Made by a program: the position numbers and the translations under genes. Shown in pieces: positions 32,722-41,973 of a stretch of 46,386 nucleotides of DNA. Every line of letters starts with the position of its first letter. The first letter of the stretch is position 1. The stretch is from Candidatus Woesearchaeota archaeon (GTDB lineage: Archaea > Nanobdellota > Nanobdellia > Pacearchaeales > GW2011-AR1). Below the pieces are notes generated by a model, which saw only the letters and a list, made by a program, of their open reading frames with translations, did not search any database and was not told the DNA's origin. The stretch covers positions 1 to 46,386 of the forward strand of contig CAYHOV010000001.1 of assembly GCA_964358615.1 (NCBI GenBank), given 5' to 3'.

Positions 32722-33609
32722 ATGGGAAATATATCGATAGGACTAAAAGAACATCCGCTAATCGGAGATCCAGAAAATTCGCTTGAATTCTTTTTAGAAA
32801 AGAAAAGATTGGGATCCTCTTCAGAATTTGATTTTGGTAATAATTTGATCGGGGGGGAAAAGAAATATTCAAAAGAAGAAGAATTTTACAAACCAATTAA
32901 ATTTGAGAACAATGAAAAGAGAAAAAGATTGCCGCCAAAAAAAATAGAAATCGCAGGAATAGAAGCTCTTGTCGTCGATCCTCACCATGATGTCTTGCCT
33001 CTGTGGTTTACATTGCAATCTCCTGCAGTTCTAGTCCATGTTGACCAGCATGCAGATATGGGTGATGGCCGTATGGGATATTCAAGAGATAATAAAGAAA
33101 GTGTAGAAGTGTATACTCGATCTTGTCTAGATATTACTTCTTTTATTACTCCTGCGGTCCATGGGGGAAAAGTTGTTGCAGTTTATCATGTTAGACCAAG
33201 ACCGGGGGAGATTACCGCATACGGCCGAGTTGGCCAGGGAAAAGTAACCTGCCCTCTTGGAACAAATGTAGATAAATTTGAAAGGGTTTTTTGGGATAAG
33301 CCTCTACCTAAAACAGATATTTCTGGGGAAGAATTAGTCGCGGATTTAAGTTCGGGTTTTCCATTGATCCTTGATATTGATTTAGATGGATTTCATTTAT
33401 TCGGATATGATGATCCTGAAGTACCCTATGCTCCTCGGCTTGCTTGGACTAAAAGTCTTTTAGAAAGATTACCAAGACCTGCGATAATAACAATGGCTAG
33501 TTCTCAAACACCTGGCTGCTATGTTCATCCAGATATTTTGCCACGGCTTAAACTGGATTGCATTGAAATGTTAGAAGGAATTTATTCTCAAGGAGGAAAG
33601 AGAAATTAA
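32722..33609 (+). CDS. UPF0489-like (arginase/deacetylase-fold related) putative metal-dependent hydrolase, paralogue 1
   Basis: VVDPHHDVLPLWF, VLVHVDQHADMG and ILDIDLDGFH motifs. Recalled resemblance to the UPF0489 (C5orf22-type) family. Confidence 0.55.
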   Translation: MGNISIGLKEHPLIGDPENSLEFFLEKKRLGSSSEFDFGNNLIGGEKKYSKEEEFYKPIKFENNEKRKRLPPKKIEIAGIEALVVDPHHDVLPLWFTLQSPAVLVHVDQHADMGDGRMGYSRDNKESVEVYTRSCLDITSFITPAVHGGKVVAVYHVRPRPGEITAYGRVGQGKVTCPLGTNVDKFERVFWDKPLPKTDISGEELVADLSSGFPLILDIDLDGFHLFGYDDPEVPYAPRLAWTKSLLERLPRPAIITMASSQTPGCYVHPDILPRLKLDCIEMLEGIYSQGGKRN

Positions 33610-33614
33610 TTTCC

Positions 33615-34490
33615 ATGGAAATTCTATTAAAAGATCTCAAGGGAAAAAATGATCCCGGAATTATTTTTCCGAATAATCTGGATGGGCCTTCTCTGAGTTT
33701 AACTGATCTGGCCAGATATCGCTTAGAATTAGAGGAGACTTCTGAACATATTCGCAGTAGATGGGGCTTAGGCTTATCGCGGACAGAACCTGAAAGACTA
33801 AAAATAGCAGGAATAGAGACTCTTGTCGTCGATCCTCACAATGAAGTCTTGCCTCTGTGGTTCGGTTTGAAATCTCCGGCGGTTTTAGTCCATGTTGATG
33901 AACATCAAGATATGGGGATGAGAGTTAGTTTTAGTTATGCAAGAAAACACGGAGTTAAAACAATAGAAGATTTTTCTCGTAATTATTTGGGCATAGGCTC
34001 TTTTATAGTGCCTGCGATACTTGAAGGAAGAGTTCTAGCTGCTTATCATCTTGCTCCACGAAATAGTTATATTCAAGCTTTTGGCAGTGTCAGTTCTGAC
34101 GGAGTGAGATCGCCATTTAAACCAGTGCTCGATAAAAAAATTTTTGATAAAAGAATCATAGATACTGCTGCTTGGCAAGAATGTTTAAATTCCTCGAGAA
34201 TCTCTGAAGAAGATTTAGCGTCGGATTTAAATTCAGGCCATCCAGTCATCCTTGACATTGATCTTGATGCATTTCATCTGTTTCCCGAAGATAAAACCGA
34301 AGAGCCCTATGCTCCTCGGCTTGCTTGGACAAAAAGTCTTTTAGAAAGATTGCCAAAACCTGAAGTAATAACAATGGCATATTCACAGACTCCAGATTGT
34401 TTTGTAGACCCAAAATTATTGCCGCAGCTTAGAAGAGATTGCATTGAAATGTTAGAAGGAATTTATTCTCGAGGAGGAAAACAAGAATAA
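33615..34490 (+). CDS. UPF0489-like putative metal-dependent hydrolase, paralogue 2
   Basis: VVDPHNEVLPLWF, VLVHVDEHQDMG and ILDIDLDAFH motifs. It is a tandem duplicate of the upstream gene. Confidence 0.55.
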   Translation: MEILLKDLKGKNDPGIIFPNNLDGPSLSLTDLARYRLELEETSEHIRSRWGLGLSRTEPERLKIAGIETLVVDPHNEVLPLWFGLKSPAVLVHVDEHQDMGMRVSFSYARKHGVKTIEDFSRNYLGIGSFIVPAILEGRVLAAYHLAPRNSYIQAFGSVSSDGVRSPFKPVLDKKIFDKRIIDTAAWQECLNSSRISEEDLASDLNSGHPVILDIDLDAFHLFPEDKTEEPYAPRLAWTKSLLERLPKPEVITMAYSQTPDCFVDPKLLPQLRRDCIEMLEGIYSRGGKQE

Positions 34491-34491
34491 A

Positions 34492-34713
34492 ATGGAAGAA
34501 ACAAATCAACTAGAAGATGAAGTTGAATTTGATTTAACTAGAAGAAAACCTGCAATAATTTTAGTCCTCCAAGATTATTTTAATGATAAAGCCACTGAGC
34601 GACATATAAGAGCAGTACTTGTTGACGATGGACTTTTTCCAGGAGAAAAAATATTTAGGGCATTGATGGAAAATTATAATTATATTGCAGACAAATGTTT
34701 TGAAGAAAAATAA
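34492..34713 (+). CDS. Hypothetical small protein
   Basis: 73 aa. Its start is 1 nt after the stop of paralogue 2 (TAAAATG). Confidence 0.45.
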   Translation: MEETNQLEDEVEFDLTRRKPAIILVLQDYFNDKATERHIRAVLVDDGLFPGEKIFRALMENYNYIADKCFEEK

Positions 34714-34722
34714 TTTCTCTCC

Positions 34723-34995
34723 TTAAGTCTTAACTTTCAAACTCGCCACTTCATAGCTCCCTCCAATCAGCGGAGTATAAAGAACTGGCCATTCATCCAC
34801 AACCAACGGCAACTCTCCTGCTTCAATAAATTGCGAACTAGGGATGATCATCCTCGATGGCATTTCATGTTTTGCATAATTTCTGAATGCTTCAAGACTC
34901 TCAAAAGGCAGTCCAAAATGTTTTGATAATTCTGCTTTCTCCTGTTCTGACAATCTTTCAAATCCAACTGATTTTTCAAGGACAACTTTGGCCAT
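34723..34995 (-). CDS. Hypothetical protein
   Basis: 90-aa ORF, 50 nt downstream of ppsA on the same strand. Confidence 0.45.
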   Translation of the reverse strand: MAKVVLEKSVGFERLSEQEKAELSKHFGLPFESLEAFRNYAKHEMPSRMIIPSSQFIEAGELPLVVDEWPVLYTPLIGGSYEVASLKVKT

Positions 34996-35045
34996 TTTTT
35001 TCTTAATTATAACTAGTTTTTAAGAATTTAGGTGATAGAAAACAT

Positions 35046-37391
35046 TTAACTAAAAATATCAAAAAAATCCTCTGACTTCTTAGCATCTTTCTTCTCTGAG
35101 TTCTCAACTTTTTTCTCTGGCTCTTTCAAAGGAATCTTTCCTGTTTCTAAATCCTGCACAAACTGAGAAATTTCTAGGGCGGCGTCGGCATTTACCGAGA
35201 TAGAATCAATTCCTTGAGCAACTAAAAACTTTACCATATCTTTGTTTGAGCCTGCTTGGCCACAAATAGATGTTTCGACATTTGCTTTTTTGCATGCTCG
35301 GATAACTCGAGATATTTGTTTTAAGATTGCCCAATCTGTTTCTTGGTAAAGATATTGAACATCTTGATTTCCGCGATCAATGGCTAGTGTAAATTGTGTC
35401 AAGTCGTTTGTTCCGAATGAGATAAACTGGATTCCTTGTTTGCAGATATCCTCGATAACAACACAGGCTGCAGGAGTCTCTATCATCGCGCCGAGTTTTA
35501 TATTTGGATTATTTAACATCTCAAGCTCTGCCATCAGTTTTTTTGTTTCTTCTATTTCTTTAGGCGATATTACTTGAGGAAACATTATACCAAATTTATG
35601 ATTGTTATCTGCCAATTCTTTTATGGCCAAAAGTTCTGCCTTGAAAAGTTCGGGATGTTTTAGCGAGAACCGAATTCCGTGAAAACCCAGCATCGGATTT
35701 CTTTCAATCTCTTTCGGTGCTCCTGCAAGATTAGAATATTCATCACTTCGGATATCTGAACTTCGGACCCAGATCTCTTTTCCTTGGAATGACTCGGCAA
35801 TTTTTCCCAGGCCTTTTTTCAGTAATTCTTTGTAATCATTAATCTGATTTTTTGATTCATAGTAGAGCGGATGTTTTCCATAGGACGCGATTATTCCTTC
35901 TATCCTTACAAGACCGACGCCATAGGCCTGTGTCTTCGCAGCTCGTTCTGCAAATTCTGGCAAATCAACCAAAACTTTTATTTTTGTTTTAGTCGGAACT
36001 ATGGGCAGTACCTCGACAATCTTATTCTGAGCTAGGCCTTTGAAAACTTTTCCCCGATAGCCATCGACAGTAACATCCATTCCGTCTTCGAGAATTGTCG
36101 TAGCATTTCCTGTTCCTACGATAGCTGGAATTCCCATTTCACGGGAGACAATTGCAGCATGAGAAGTTATGCCGCCTTCATCAGTAACGATTGCTGCTGC
36201 TCTTTGCATTGTAACTACCATGTCTGGATTTGTCATCATGGTAACAAGAACATCGCCGCGTCTTACTTTTTCTAATTCTTCCATAGCATGAACAATTCTT
36301 ACTTTTCCTGAAGATATTCCTGGCGAAGCGGCCATGCCTTTAATTAAAACTTCTCCTTCTAACTCCTTTGATTCTTTTCTTTCTTTCAAAGTTGTAATCG
36401 GCCTAGATTGAAGAATATAAATCGTATCATTTTCTATTGCAAATTCGATGTCCTGCGGTTTTTTATAGTGTTCTTCTAACTTTATTGCAAATTCTGCAAG
36501 TTGCCTGATCTCGTGAGTCTTGACTGTCCTTTGTTTTGATTTTTCATCGCTCAATTTTACTGTTTTAGTCACTCCGGCTGCATCCCGTATTATTGCAACT
36601 TTCTTTTCTGCAATATTCTCCTCGAGAATCTGAAAATCTCTTGAAACTATAAACTGGTCTGGCTTTATTGTTCCAGAAACAATGCCTTCGCCCTGACCAA
36701 ACACTGTTTCGATTAAAATATTTTCTTGAGTTATAGGATTTACGGAAAACATTACTCCAGACTTCTCTGAATCAATCATCTTTTGAACTATTGCGGCAAT
36801 TCCAACTTGGGCCTGAAATCCTTTTTTCTTCCGATAGTAAATTGAACGAGCAGTGAATATCGAAGCAAAAACTTTTTTTACAGATTCTATCACTTGCGAA
36901 TTTCCTTTTACATTTATGAAGGATTCCTGCTGCCCTGCGAAACTTGCATCTCCTAGATCCTCAGCTGTTGCAGAACTTCGAACAGAAACAAAAATTGGCT
37001 CACGTGCGGTTTTCATTATAGACATAATACCGGGCGCGGCTTTGAAATCGTTCAAGTCAATATTAAAATTATCATAGGCTTCGAGAATTTCTTTCTGAAG
37101 ATCCTCCGGCATTTCTTTTGCAACGACTAAATCTCGGATTTGTTTTGAATATTTGTCAAGTTCTTTTATATCGTCGACATTTATCTTTTCAAGTATTTTG
37201 TCTATCTCTGCTTTTGCGCCGGTTTTTTCTAGAAAATAATTATAGCCATTGACGGTAACAATAAAAGCAGGTGGAACTGGAAATTTTGAATTATACATTT
37301 CTCCGAGTGATGCGCCCTTGCCTCCGGCAATCTGCACATCCTGGTTGTTTAACTCAGAAAGCCAACATATTCTTGCCTCTTTTTTCCCCAT
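35046..37391 (-). CDS. ppsA: Phosphoenolpyruvate synthase (pyruvate, water dikinase)
   Basis: N-terminal ATP-grasp (GGKGASLGEM), phosphohistidine swivel (GGITSHAAIVSREMGIPA) and C-terminal PEP-utilising TIM domain (GTNDLTQ). Confidence 0.95.
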   Translation of the reverse strand: MGKKEARICWLSELNNQDVQIAGGKGASLGEMYNSKFPVPPAFIVTVNGYNYFLEKTGAKAEIDKILEKINVDDIKELDKYSKQIRDLVVAKEMPEDLQKEILEAYDNFNIDLNDFKAAPGIMSIMKTAREPIFVSVRSSATAEDLGDASFAGQQESFINVKGNSQVIESVKKVFASIFTARSIYYRKKKGFQAQVGIAAIVQKMIDSEKSGVMFSVNPITQENILIETVFGQGEGIVSGTIKPDQFIVSRDFQILEENIAEKKVAIIRDAAGVTKTVKLSDEKSKQRTVKTHEIRQLAEFAIKLEEHYKKPQDIEFAIENDTIYILQSRPITTLKERKESKELEGEVLIKGMAASPGISSGKVRIVHAMEELEKVRRGDVLVTMMTNPDMVVTMQRAAAIVTDEGGITSHAAIVSREMGIPAIVGTGNATTILEDGMDVTVDGYRGKVFKGLAQNKIVEVLPIVPTKTKIKVLVDLPEFAERAAKTQAYGVGLVRIEGIIASYGKHPLYYESKNQINDYKELLKKGLGKIAESFQGKEIWVRSSDIRSDEYSNLAGAPKEIERNPMLGFHGIRFSLKHPELFKAELLAIKELADNNHKFGIMFPQVISPKEIEETKKLMAELEMLNNPNIKLGAMIETPAACVVIEDICKQGIQFISFGTNDLTQFTLAIDRGNQDVQYLYQETDWAILKQISRVIRACKKANVETSICGQAGSNKDMVKFLVAQGIDSISVNADAALEISQFVQDLETGKIPLKEPEKKVENSEKKDAKKSEDFFDIFS

Positions 37392-37440
37392 GATTTTTAA
37401 TAGAGATTAGAATATTTAAAGGTTTATGTTTTTCTAAATC

Positions 37441-38148
37441 TTAATCTTGCTTGGCTATTTTCCATAGTAATTCAAAATATTTTTTATAACCTTCGGAAAT
37501 TGCTCGATCATTAATGACTATTGCTATTGGATTTTCTTTGCTCCAGAGGATCAGTGCAACTTTGTTTCCGTAAATATTTATGGCTAAAGGACTTGAATAT
37601 TTTTCAGGCAAGTAGCGAATTTCAGAGAGAGAAATTTTTTTACCTAAATCTCCTGAAGAAATAATTCTTGCGTGAATTTTTTTCTTGACTCGAGCTTGGT
37701 CGTACCATTTGAAATAAAATGGCAAAATGTCAAAGGCAGATTTTGAGGCGCCGAGGATCAAAACTTCTTTTTCATTAAGCTGGTCTTCGAAAACAGCCTT
37801 GAGACCTTGTTTGCCTTTGTAGAAATTTGTCTCTTCTTTTTCTTTTGTGGATTGGAAGTGCATCATCATCTCAGGCATGACTTCTTGCAAGAGATTTTCT
37901 TTTTCTTTTACCATCTCAAGAAAACGCTCCGGAGAGGAAGCTTGAAATATGCGTCGATGATTTTTTAGAATGTAGCCGATTAAACCTTTTTTTATCAATC
38001 TTTCTGTCACGTCGTAGACATTTCTCCGATGGAGACCTGTTTTTCGGGATATTTGGCCAGCCAGGCTTGGGCCTAATTCTAATAATGCTCGATAGACTCG
38101 AGCTTCGCTCTCTGTTAGGCCGGATTCTCTTAGTATTTCAAGGTTCAT
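37441..38148 (-). CDS. TrmB-family transcriptional regulator
   Basis: N-terminal wHTH GLTESEARVYRALLELGPSLAGQISRKTGLHRRNVYDVTERLIKKGLI, followed by a TrmB-like C-terminal domain. Confidence 0.8.
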   Translation of the reverse strand: MNLEILRESGLTESEARVYRALLELGPSLAGQISRKTGLHRRNVYDVTERLIKKGLIGYILKNHRRIFQASSPERFLEMVKEKENLLQEVMPEMMMHFQSTKEKEETNFYKGKQGLKAVFEDQLNEKEVLILGASKSAFDILPFYFKWYDQARVKKKIHARIISSGDLGKKISLSEIRYLPEKYSSPLAINIYGNKVALILWSKENPIAIVINDRAISEGYKKYFELLWKIAKQD

Positions 38149-38636
38149 TTTAATATTTTTTTGATTAATTTATCTTTATAATCTCTGTATTCTTTGCCTT
38201 GCTTTCCTAATTTTACTGCTTGTTTTTTTAGAGTTGCATACTCAAGCATTAATTTTTTATCATTGATCAACCTGTCTCGAAATTTTAAATGATTGAACCA
38301 TACATTACTGTTTTTATGAGTCAGATGAATATGAACTTGCCTAAGCCTTCCTCGATATAAATAATCTTTTACGAAAAATAATCTATTTTTACTTCCGGCC
38401 TTGTCTTTGAATATGTATTTTGCTTTTATGAGTAATTTGGTTGCAGACCTTATCTTATTTTTATCTGATGCGATAGTAATATCGAGAATATTTTTTCCGC
38501 CGAGGCCAGGAACTGCTGTGCTTCCGACATGTTCGATGACTACGGATTTTCCGAGTATTTTTGTAAGTTTTCTTTTTTCTAGTTTGAATAATTTTGGGAA
38601 GTCTTTACTATAGGCCTTGAAGATGTATTTTTTCAT
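38145..38636 (-). CDS. grpB: GrpB-family (UPF0157) nucleotidyltransferase-fold protein
   Basis: IEHVGSTAVPGLGGKNILDI is typical of GrpB. 4-nt overlap with the trmB-family gene. Confidence 0.75.
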   Translation of the reverse strand: MKKYIFKAYSKDFPKLFKLEKRKLTKILGKSVVIEHVGSTAVPGLGGKNILDITIASDKNKIRSATKLLIKAKYIFKDKAGSKNRLFFVKDYLYRGRLRQVHIHLTHKNSNVWFNHLKFRDRLINDKKLMLEYATLKKQAVKLGKQGKEYRDYKDKLIKKILK

Positions 38637-38677
38637 AGTGCTCTAAGGCAACTTGATCTTTTAAACTTTTCTAGTGA

Positions 38678-38693
38678 GGTGATAAATATCACC
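38678..38693. promoter_or_regulatory. Perfect palindrome GGTGATA-AA-TATCACC upstream of grpB-trmB(-ppsA)
   Basis: 7-bp arms, 42-57 nt upstream of the grpB ATG and next to the TATA-like GTTTAAAAG. Its hexamers are those of the Thermococcales TGM (TATCAC-N5-GTGATA) in swapped order. Confidence 0.45.
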
Positions 38694-38822
38694 GCATAAA
38701 ATTATCTGGACTTTTTCTTTCTTCATTCTAATTAAATAGACGAAAGTCGGGAGGGCGAGAAATTCGCTCTTGATTTTATTATTGAAATGTAAAAGTTCAA
38801 GAGCAAATTTTGAGAAAAAAAA

Positions 38823-39317
38823 ATGACACAAGATATTGAAAGAAAAGTTATCGAGCTGATAGCTACTGATCGGGTAGAAATACCTATCTCGAGCATGTCA
38901 GGCAAGCTGAAGAGAAGGAAACCGAAGTTAGTGCAGACAGTGAGTGCAGAACTACCAAGAGATCCGTTTTTTGGTGAGAGAGTATACGCAAGAACTGAAA
39001 GCGAAGACTTGGACAAGGCGAGAACTCTTAGAGATGCTGTCGATGAATTCAAGGAAGAATTCCCAAAGTATGGTGCGATCATCGAGGGAAAAATCGCAGA
39101 AAAGCGAGTCAAAAAAGAGACGCATCTATATTTTGGAATCAATGATGGCTGCAGATTAACTGAAACAGATTACATGGGCGTGATGAGCTCGCTTGGATTC
39201 ACGCCAGCGACTGCAAGAAGCTTGTATCCTGAATTGATCGACGTCAGCAGAAACATGTCTAAAAAACGAGATGAAGAAAGAAGAGTCTTGATCGGCGGAA
39301 ATGAAAGCGAAGAGTAA
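38823..39317 (+). CDS. Hypothetical protein
   Basis: 164-aa ORF. The overlapping ORFs 38732..39142 (-) and 38944..39159 (+) look spurious. Confidence 0.55.
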   Translation: MTQDIERKVIELIATDRVEIPISSMSGKLKRRKPKLVQTVSAELPRDPFFGERVYARTESEDLDKARTLRDAVDEFKEEFPKYGAIIEGKIAEKRVKKETHLYFGINDGCRLTETDYMGVMSSLGFTPATARSLYPELIDVSRNMSKKRDEERRVLIGGNESEE

Positions 39318-39394
39318 GCTGAAAAAATTTGTTTTTTATTTTTTTATTTTAAATCATATAAAAGCTTTTAAATATAAAAGCAAAACCATTTTTT

Positions 39395-39913
39395 ATGCCA
39401 ACGGTAATCAGTTTAATTCCAGATAGAGAAAGCCAGGATAGACTTGGCAGATATGCTCGGTCTCTTGTATGTGTTGAACCAAAAAATAGTTTTCATACAA
39501 CTGTTTTTTATGCAGAAGAAACTCCAATTTTTCCGAATGTAAAAATATTTCTAGAATATTTTAGAGAAGTTCCGATTATATTGAATCCAGATAGTTATTC
39601 TTTGGATGTATTCGAGAATAATGTTGTTTTAAGATATGATAGCCAAGCAGTGGTGGATATAAATTCATCTCTTAGAAGTGAGGCAATGCGACAGATGGTC
39701 TATGATTGGCCGAATTTACGTGGAAAAGAAAAAAGAATATTAGAACTTTCTACTAAAGCGAGGAGAACAGGAAAAATATATCCTAATTTCAATCCGCATA
39801 TCAGCTTAGCAAGAAAAGGCTCTGGAAAAAAATTAGAAGGGCTGGAGAAATTTGTTTGGCCGATTGTATTAGAGCAAGTCAGATGGAAAATGAGTTATGC
39901 ACCGGCTAGCTGA
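39395..39913 (+). CDS. 2H-phosphoesterase superfamily protein (LigT / 2',5'-RNA ligase-like)
   Basis: Two HxT/Sx motifs at the expected spacing: FHTTVFY and PHISLAR. Confidence 0.65.
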   Translation: MPTVISLIPDRESQDRLGRYARSLVCVEPKNSFHTTVFYAEETPIFPNVKIFLEYFREVPIILNPDSYSLDVFENNVVLRYDSQAVVDINSSLRSEAMRQMVYDWPNLRGKEKRILELSTKARRTGKIYPNFNPHISLARKGSGKKLEGLEKFVWPIVLEQVRWKMSYAPAS

Positions 39914-39936
39914 AAAAACAGGAGCATAAAATAATT

Positions 39937-41031
39937 TTATTCCAATACTACAATATCTCGAGAGACATATTGATCTTCCCGGAATTCTGGAATCGGAAAC
40001 TTGATGTTGCCTAATTTTGAAATATTGAGGCCAGAAAGATTACAAATCCGAGTTATACCTGTATGTTCTTCCCGTATAAACGGGAAAGTAATTGCTATTT
40101 TTGCTCCTGGTTTTTTTATTTGTTTTAATCGCTTGAGAATAGGAATTATAAAAGATTCAAATTTCAAGATAAACTCCTTGGCCTGTTTTTTATCAATTTT
40201 TTGTTTTACTAATTCTCCTAGGGAAGATTCTGAAACGATTGCATCAACTTGAAGATTTGGAGTATTATTTGCGTCAAGTGTTTCTATTTTGGAATTTGCA
40301 AATGTTTGGTAATCTCGTTTTACCCAATTCAGATTCTGCTGACATTGTCGTACTGCCTCGGGGTCATTGTCAATCCCATGAACATTTATTCCTTGAACTA
40401 CTGCTTCAAGTAAAATTCCGCCTATTCCGCAGAATGGGTCTAAAAGAAGTTGGCCTTTTTTTACCTGGGAAAGATTTATCAGTATTTTTGCTAAACGTGG
40501 AGAAATTGCAAGAGATTCTCGGCGAATTGGTTTTTGCATGTCACGTTTTTTTACAGCGCTATAATTGTAAGTCTGTTCAACTAGACCTTGGTAGATCTTA
40601 TTATCTTGATTAAAAATAAAAATCTCAAAATCTGCATTGGTCAGGGAAAATTCAGAGCCTTCTTGAAGAGACAATATCCGACGACCTCTGCGAATCATTG
40701 CTTTTTTCTTTTCTTGTTTGAATTTTTGTATAAGATTATCTTCAAATTCTGTATTGCCAATAAGAGTATATGAGAATTTGTCCTCGGGAATCACTTCGTC
40801 TGAATCTAAAAACTTGAGAAATTCTGAAGTCTTGCCCCTGAATTGTATTTTTCCTAATTTGATGATACCTCCAAAATCCTGGATATTTATTTTTGTAATG
40901 TCTGCATCAATGATCAAGATATTTTCATGAAAACAAAGTTCTTGATATTGTATTTTATTTGATTCTAAATAGGAAAAAATTTCTGCTTTGGATAGCAATG
41001 GGTTTCGGCCCAGGATAAAAAAGTATTGCAT
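39937..41031 (-). CDS. tRNA (guanine-N2)-methyltransferase, Trm11/Trm-G10-like (THUMP-type N-terminus plus SAM MTase)
   Basis: LLDPFCGIGGILLEA SAM-binding motif. The N-terminus YFFILGRNPLLSKAEI is typical of the archaeal Trm11-like family. Confidence 0.7.
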   Translation of the reverse strand: MQYFFILGRNPLLSKAEIFSYLESNKIQYQELCFHENILIIDADITKINIQDFGGIIKLGKIQFRGKTSEFLKFLDSDEVIPEDKFSYTLIGNTEFEDNLIQKFKQEKKKAMIRRGRRILSLQEGSEFSLTNADFEIFIFNQDNKIYQGLVEQTYNYSAVKKRDMQKPIRRESLAISPRLAKILINLSQVKKGQLLLDPFCGIGGILLEAVVQGINVHGIDNDPEAVRQCQQNLNWVKRDYQTFANSKIETLDANNTPNLQVDAIVSESSLGELVKQKIDKKQAKEFILKFESFIIPILKRLKQIKKPGAKIAITFPFIREEHTGITRICNLSGLNISKLGNIKFPIPEFREDQYVSRDIVVLE

Positions 41032-41071
41032 GATTTTTTTAAGAAAAATGGATATTAAAAGTTATCCCTTC

Positions 41072-41626
41072 TTACGCAGAACTTACTTGGATTTTTTTTC
41101 TTTCGGTCTGAACAGAAATACTGCATGGCATCCTTGATTTTGCAGAGGTTAACAAAATTCTAACATCTGCTTCTTGTTTGGGGGTCTTTACTCCAACTAC
41201 AAGGATTATCTGCCCTTTTTTGACTAATGCTGCTCGCCCGACGGTCTTTCCAAATGAAAGGGCCATACCGGTCTGCATTCTATCTGCACCGGCGCCAGTA
41301 AGCATCTTGTTTTCACGAAGAATATGATGCGGATATATTTTTACTTCGAAATAAAAGTCTTTGGCCATTTTTGTTACAAGATGACCGTTGAGAAATTGAC
41401 GAACAGCTTCGAGTGAAGTATCACGGAATTGACAATCATCGGTTGATAGGACGTTTAAAATTATTGGGAATTTTCCCTGAGCATAGCCTTCTAAATCGCC
41501 CATTCTAAGTTTTACGACTTTTGAATTTGGTATTGCTTTTATGTATGACTTCTGTCTAACCTTGCTCTTTCGCGTATATGGTCGAGCGTATCTTTTTGAA
41601 TACGCACTTGCTTTTCTTAGTGCCAT
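41072..41626 (-). CDS. rpl10e: 50S ribosomal protein L10e (uL16)
   Basis: MALRKASAYSKRYARPYTRKS...LRMGD is typical of archaeal L10e. Confidence 0.93.
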   Translation of the reverse strand: MALRKASAYSKRYARPYTRKSKVRQKSYIKAIPNSKVVKLRMGDLEGYAQGKFPIILNVLSTDDCQFRDTSLEAVRQFLNGHLVTKMAKDFYFEVKIYPHHILRENKMLTGAGADRMQTGMALSFGKTVGRAALVKKGQIILVVGVKTPKQEADVRILLTSAKSRMPCSISVQTERKKIQVSSA

Positions 41627-41812
41627 TTAATGATTTGTTATTATTGGTTTATAATCTTTACAAGTTCCATTGTAACAGGATATTGGTCTTCTGTCAACAA
41701 TAGGTTCGGTTTTTGCTAGGGCTTGTCTTCTTTGACAGCTATAATGTAATAAACACCTAGATACTGGAACATTTGTTCGTGTACTACGTTCTGCAATTGC
41801 TTTTGTTTCCAT
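41627..41812 (-). CDS. Small Cys4 protein P2 (61 aa)
   Basis: METKAIAERSTRTNVPVSRCLLHYSC...SCYNGTCKDYK. Its stop TAA directly abuts the rpl10e ATG (TAAATG). The start was set at the internal ATG 41812. Confidence 0.45.
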   Translation of the reverse strand: METKAIAERSTRTNVPVSRCLLHYSCQRRQALAKTEPIVDRRPISCYNGTCKDYKPIITNH

Positions 41813-41817
41813 TTTAA

Positions 41818-41973
41818 TTATGATATCATCGCGAGATGATCTTGATAGCGAGTGCATTCCTCAGGGTCTGCTTCGCAAATTTTTCCTGCTTGTTCAAATC
41901 TAACAGGACATGAATCAAATAAAGGACATGTCGATTCCTTTGGTTGTGATTTAGTTTTGGTATTTTTACTCAT
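41818..41973 (-). CDS. Small Cys4 protein P1 (51 aa)
   Basis: Hand translation MSKNTKTKSQPKESTCPLFDSCPVRFEQAGKICEADPEECTRYQDHLAMIS. Its ATG overlaps the rpl35ae stop (ATGA). Confidence 0.45.
   Translation of the reverse strand: MSKNTKTKSQPKESTCPLFDSCPVRFEQAGKICEADPEECTRYQDHLAMIS

Noticed and set aside
38732-39142. 136-aa minus-strand ORF overlapping 38823..39317
   Set aside because: It is Ser/Leu-rich with shadow-frame composition. The plus-strand ORF is longer and more protein-like.
41813-41857. Longer start (MHSLSRSSRDDIIIK) for small Cys protein P2
   Set aside because: It would overlap the 3' end of P1. The internal ATG at 41812 gives a tight 5-nt junction, consistent with the coupling seen across the operon.
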